This document shows, piece after piece, positions 20,659-64,000 of a stretch of 64,000 bases of DNA; position 1 is the first letter of the stretch; each line of letters opens with the position of its first letter. The stretch lies in contig NMRA01000484.1 of NCBI GenBank assembly GCA_002633005.1, positions 124,001 through 188,000 on the forward strand, in the 5' to 3' direction. Below the pieces are notes generated by a model, which saw nothing but the letters and a program-made list of their open reading frames with translations, searched no databases and had not been told where the DNA came from. The position numbers and the translations under genes were made by a program. This DNA comes from Phoronis australis (lineage: Eukaryota; Animalia; Phoronida).

Positions 20659-23310
20659 ACACTGAAGTAGAGACAATTGTGATACAAAAACAGCTTGTGC
20701 CCAGGCCGTGACCCTTGAACCTTATATCAAAGGTTACCACATTCAACGTCATGTTCACTGTAAAGAAAACTATTACCACGATGACTATTCATATTTATAA
20801 ATAATACAATCTAAACAAGCACAAAAATATACTTTTTACAGGTTGACTATCTTTTCTCTATGACCAGACAAATTCCTAAGGCACCATAGAATGTGTATAA
20901 ATTACAACTCACAATCTTCATTTCAGGCGAGACGAACATTCAATCAATCGAATATGAACTATTCTCCATGAAAGATGACCAAAATGATACAGACTGCTAA
21001 TCAAACAACAAATATGTCTCCATAAGAACTGAATGAATTGACAGTTTATTAACTCAAAAAGCAATTTATGTAATTTAAACTTATGGTCAAATGTGGATTT
21101 GAAAAACAACACAGAATTAAATCCCCATGAATCAGGATGTCTCCCAATCACATTGTGGAAGTTTGTCCACAAGACAGGTATACCGTAAATACTCGTGAGG
21201 GAGACGACCTCATTAACAAGCGCTGGACTTGTATGCCTGCATTCAAAGACATTTGCTGGTCTCCTACCTAAGTATTTAGGACGATTGTTTCAACTAAAAC
21301 TTTCACGGGTTTTCCTCGATGAGGATAATGACCGCCAAGTTCAATTGTCACAATAGCAAAATGACCACTTGACACAAAAGAGTTGACCAAAATTTCAATA
21401 GCTTTTACTAGAAGGTAATCAAAAGATCTTTTAGAATTTCAAATACACATAAGCAACAAGTTATCCTTGAACTAAAAAGGTAATCAACAATAATAAAACA
21501 ATACTGACATACCAGTGAAAACAAACACCCCTTTAAATTTTATCCAGCTTGTTTTGGCTTTTTTCCTGACATCCCTCGTAACCAGTATTTAAAGCAATTA
21601 CATACAGCGTTAAACTTACACACTAGAGATGCATTCTATGACTAGCATGTCAGTATGATGGTATCAGGTGAAACAATCTCTAGGTTGTTTCCATAAACCA
21701 TGACTTGTATTTAATACAAGATGAGTGATACCTAACAGAAATCAATCGAGAGCAAACCATATCAATTACAGAGCCATACACATACACACGATGGGGTCTC
21801 AACAAAGTACAACAAAGACGGACTAGGGTAATTGTGATGCCATTTTCGCATTGCCCGGCGACTCGATATTCATTGGTGGTCCTCAAGATAACAAATTTTT
21901 CTCTTTAACATAGAAATTGACAACAAAAACCTGTTCACCAGTACACGGTATTTGCGGGATAAATATCCCTGTGATGCATAAATGCACAACTTTTAGCAAG
22001 GACCCTTGATTTAAACAGCACCACCTAGTGATTTTTTGAGCTTCTCATCGGAAGCAGTTAACCAGTACAAACCTAGCAAGATACAGCACAATACAATCAT
22101 ACCCCTCCAAATAAAAGTTCAACCAGTGCTCCAGAGGCAACCCCTACTCTACGCAACTAAAAGGTGTATTCTGTAGACGAAATACATAAGCTCGCACACT
22201 TAGTGGTGAAAAATCTTCACTTCTCAAACGGTAACAGACAATTCTATCCCATAATTCAACATTCCAACCTCACTGACCAACCACTTCAATGGCTTCCCCA
22301 TTTTTTGCAAGTTTACATTACTGAGCATACTCACGAAGCACAAGCTTACTTGACTGCGTGATGTTGCAGAAAGAAACTTGGTCTACGGAACACAACCCAG
22401 TGTGTTTTACCTATGAACTCACTGATTCGTTCCTATTCCTTCAACTTCCCCATTGCCCTTTACCAACCACCCACACGTAAGGCCAATTCTCTCAGCATAC
22501 CAATCGTTCTATTCTAACTGAACAGCACCACACATTAATGAGATGACTAATTCAGTCCCTGCTACAACTTTGTTTCCTGCACCAGTCCCCAGCCCTCCTA
22601 GTGGTGACCAGACAAATTAGCAGAGCACCAATTACTCCACTGTTTGAGAAAACAGGTTTACATGATATGTTAAGCCTCCAACATGTGCAGAATATTCTAG
22701 TTGCTTCAGAGACCATCTTCTTGATCAAACAATGACTGCGCTTCATACAGGCATTTTTGTCTGATTCAGACAGTTAACTTTTTAACCTGTAGGAAATCTT
22801 CAAGTTGCTCGTAAAACTGTTCATCTTTTTGCGCTTTGCTAAGATTCGCTAAAAATTCTCTTTATGAATCATAAGAATGTTTGTTAGCACAACTCTGTCA
22901 ACAATCGGGACATTACATTTTTCAAACCCATGCCATAGCTATCACATCCACTATGTTTTACTTTAAGACCCATCGATGGCATATCTTGTTGTGAAAGCAT
23001 ATTTTGCATACACAGCATGCGTATCCGTTCGCTAGTCAAACACAAGCAAGAGCTGGACACTGAGAATGTGTTTGAGGTGAATACACAAATATCGCTACGA
23101 CGTCGTCATGTTGTTGCACGATATCGGCAATGATTGGACTGACAATGACTTCTCTCCTCTTCATGGCGACAATTTCTGTTTGATACTCTAATGGCATTAC
23201 CAAGGCGGTGAACTCCCCCTAGTGCCAGATCAGCAACAGCCAATCACAAGAGTTCTCCTAAATGAGTCTATACAACGAATTGTGTTGTGTTCTCCTGTGC
23301 ATGGGCTGGA

Positions 23311-61033
<37,723 letters not shown>

Positions 61034-64000
61034 CTGGCGAGAGAGCAAACAGATATGATTTCAACGAATCACCTATCAAGATATAAGACTGGATTGAATC
61101 GTCAGAGAACCCTCATTGCACGACAACATCAAGACAAAGTGACCAATCAGAACGTTATGCCATGTACATGCATGAGGAAATTGACCAATTAGCATTCTAA
61201 TAAATGATTGTGATTTCTGAGGATGTTAACAGAAGAGATGACAGATAAGACCATAGAACAATGACAGAGATATGTTGATGAATTTGACTGACCAGTATTG
61301 TCATTGTGTGGTAGGTCTTTTCAATGAGATCACAGGAGGTAATGAGGTAAATGATAGGGGTTTCTCGTGCATGGCAACAGTGGAGAGTACAGCTTCACAG
61401 AGCAGATTGCGTCTGTGAAATGAATAGGCGTCAAAAGAAACGAGGTGTTGGGTTGATAACACCTCTATGATATCCACCTGAGTGGGAAGAGGAGTCAGGT
61501 TCAGTGTGGGGAATACATGCTGGTGGAGCCGAGAACCCAGTGGTGAATTGGAGATGAAAATGATGGCACACAAAGCTACGATGATAATCGTAATTTTCAG
61601 ATCTCATTTCTGACGATATCACGTTGCCCAATCAATAAATGTTCTGGGACTGAACATCACAACGTTGAACATCATAGCCCATTTCTCAACTAAACTGATG
61701 AAAATTGATTTAAGGTTTGTTATAGAAGTCACCATTACCTGAAAATGCAGTTCCCAGAGAGACCAAAGAATTGATTCAATTTTAACCCCAACCCCCACAT
61801 GACAACAAATACAAGCATTATGGAGTAAATCAAATTCATCAATTAAGACCTTTTACAGACAGAAATAACAACAGTTGTCCAGGGGCCTGTTTTAGCAAAG
61901 GTCAGTTTTACCCTAGCTAGGATGGTTGTAGGCAAGTTGTTGCGAACATGACCCTTCATTCTTCAAAAGAGCCAAAACATTGCAACTGGTGTAAAGTTTA
62001 ACATTTTTTTATATTCAGACGAAACGATCACCTTCACGAGCACTGCTAATGAACTGTGTGCAAATTAAAATCAAAGTTGCAACTATCTAAGCCGAGACTG
62101 AACTAATAGATATCTGATAAACATGCTCCGGTAGAGTATGAAAAAGGTAGCACAACAAACATTTTTTCTGAAATTATCGCAGCGCAAATCTGCACAGTTA
62201 CGAGGACTGAAGATGATGACAATGTTGGTTAACCAGCACATACTTTAGATACCAAAAGCAAGCTAAAATTAATGCTGAATGCAGAAGGTTCTTCTGGTCA
62301 AGGTGATTTTTTTAATTTCCCCTGTGACATTTAAACACAGTCTAGACTGATAATTCCGCAAGAAAAAACTCACTGTTCACAAGTAGTGGCTTCAGCTAAG
62401 CCAACCGTGGCACCGGCTTCTGGTGGAGTAGCAGTTTTTTCACAGCAGAGCTTTTTTACCTGAAAATGAACGGACAGGTAAATTCATAATTACGTGTGCA
62501 GTGAAGACATTTCAAAACAAAAGGGAGTGTCGCCCTTTAAGTACTAATGGTGGATATTCACAAATTTATAAAAATAATACAGACTCCAATTAAAATCACT
62601 ACGACTATTTGGGAACAAAAATGTGGATGACCCTTTTTGTAAGCTAACTGTGACTGTTGGAAAAAAGGAATATTAACCTGAAACTGAATAATAGCAAATT
62701 CACTTTCTTTCCTTAGACATATAATCAAATAAAAAGTTTACATAGCGCTGAAACACATTGAGCCAATGGCAAGCACTTTTCCGTGAAAAAAATCCTCAAT
62801 ATAAACTTCCATACAAAAATATAAAGAGTATCGTGAAGACAAAATACTCTTAACCTATTCTAGCAATGTCTAGATCTATACAAACGTCAATCATCAATAG
62901 ATACCCGTGGCTTTGAAAAACCGCAGGTCGGTTGTGAACAGCATTGACAAAAATTATAATACAGCTAGTCATTAGGACAGGACATTGAATTTTTAAACTA
63001 GACCACCAATGTTCCACAGATGACTGGCAAACCATAATGGCTGAGCGGGTGGCTGGTCCCAACAAGTCTATCCAATTAAAGGGAGGACAATGCAAAAAAT
63101 GATTTCTGCAAAAAGCGTGCTAATCTGCCCCGGAGATGTTGGGACGGAATTCCCACAGCAGAGCAAGCTTCTAGTTCAGGTCCATACCAGATGCCTGGAT
63201 AATAAAAACTTAAATGTGATGTGACCTTTCAAGCAATTGTGACTTAGGCAGCTATGAACCAAGCAGGAAAGCTACCCGGCAAAATCCTCAGGAACTTGGA
63301 TGGAACAAATCACAAAAGAGAAGAAGAGGTATTTTTCGGATAATCAATCTGGGTACATTTTTACCTTTGCAAGCAATTGTCTTTCGGATGCTCATTAAGA
63401 GTGACACTACTCTCTCTCTAAGATATTTCAAGTCAATGGCGACTTGTATAAATCTTTCTTTCAAGTAAATAGTAATTCCCAGAGCCAACACATAGGCTCA
63501 GACATGTGCTTAAATCACGTCCCTAATATGCACACCTTGACCCCGACAGTTAACAAATCTCACACAAAAGTCCAGTTTAGAAATCAACTTTTAGCCCAGC
63601 ACAACTGACATGGAGCAAATTGATCAGTGTCAAGTGTCCGTTTACACACACAACTCACTAACTGGCAAGACAGAAATTGTAGGCTGGCATGTGGACCAAA
63701 CATGCGCAGGTTTACAAATGACGGGAGATGAAGAGACAGAGAACTTGTATTTAGGTCATTACACAAGCGCAGTAGAGATGATCCTTTCCACTTTGCCCCA
63801 GTTTCGCGTAAAGACATATAATTGACACGGAGCAAGATGTTTTAGCACAAATTGCTCTACCTCACAAACGGGTGGACAAAGCGTCGTTTACACTACAAAA
63901 GTTGACACGGATCAGCTGACACGGAACGAGTTGTTCCAGCGCAAGTATGTGTGTAAATGGGACTAAAGACATTAAGATCAGGTACAGGTACCGTACAATT

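Overview
AT-rich animal (metazoan, probably invertebrate) genomic DNA with spliceosomal introns and one 675-nt assembly gap (9346-10020). Two host genes lie tail-to-tail. On the + strand is a complete 8-exon protein O-fucosyltransferase 1 gene (POFUT1, CDS 8260-17909, about 366 aa). On the - strand is an Eyes absent gene (EYA; stop at 23311, up to 18 in-phase exons traced to about 61033, start codon not found) with an intact HAD phosphatase domain. The first 11 kb hold two unrelated TTAA-flanked, AG...CT-ended DNA transposons of Kolobok type. Element 1 (23-5015) has 19-bp TIRs, a decayed THAP-transposase lacking its core, and a convergent gene with an intact P2X7-ballast/nanor-like (KolX) domain. 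It also has a 25-bp subterminal inverted motif just upstream of both ORFs. Element 2 (9066-10996, in POFUT1 intron 1) has about 158-bp TIRs and a frameshifted THAP transposase. The rest is intron or UTR with tRNA-derived SINEs, a small MITE family, and mini- and microsatellites. All exon and repeat boundaries were read by eye and no database searches were run.
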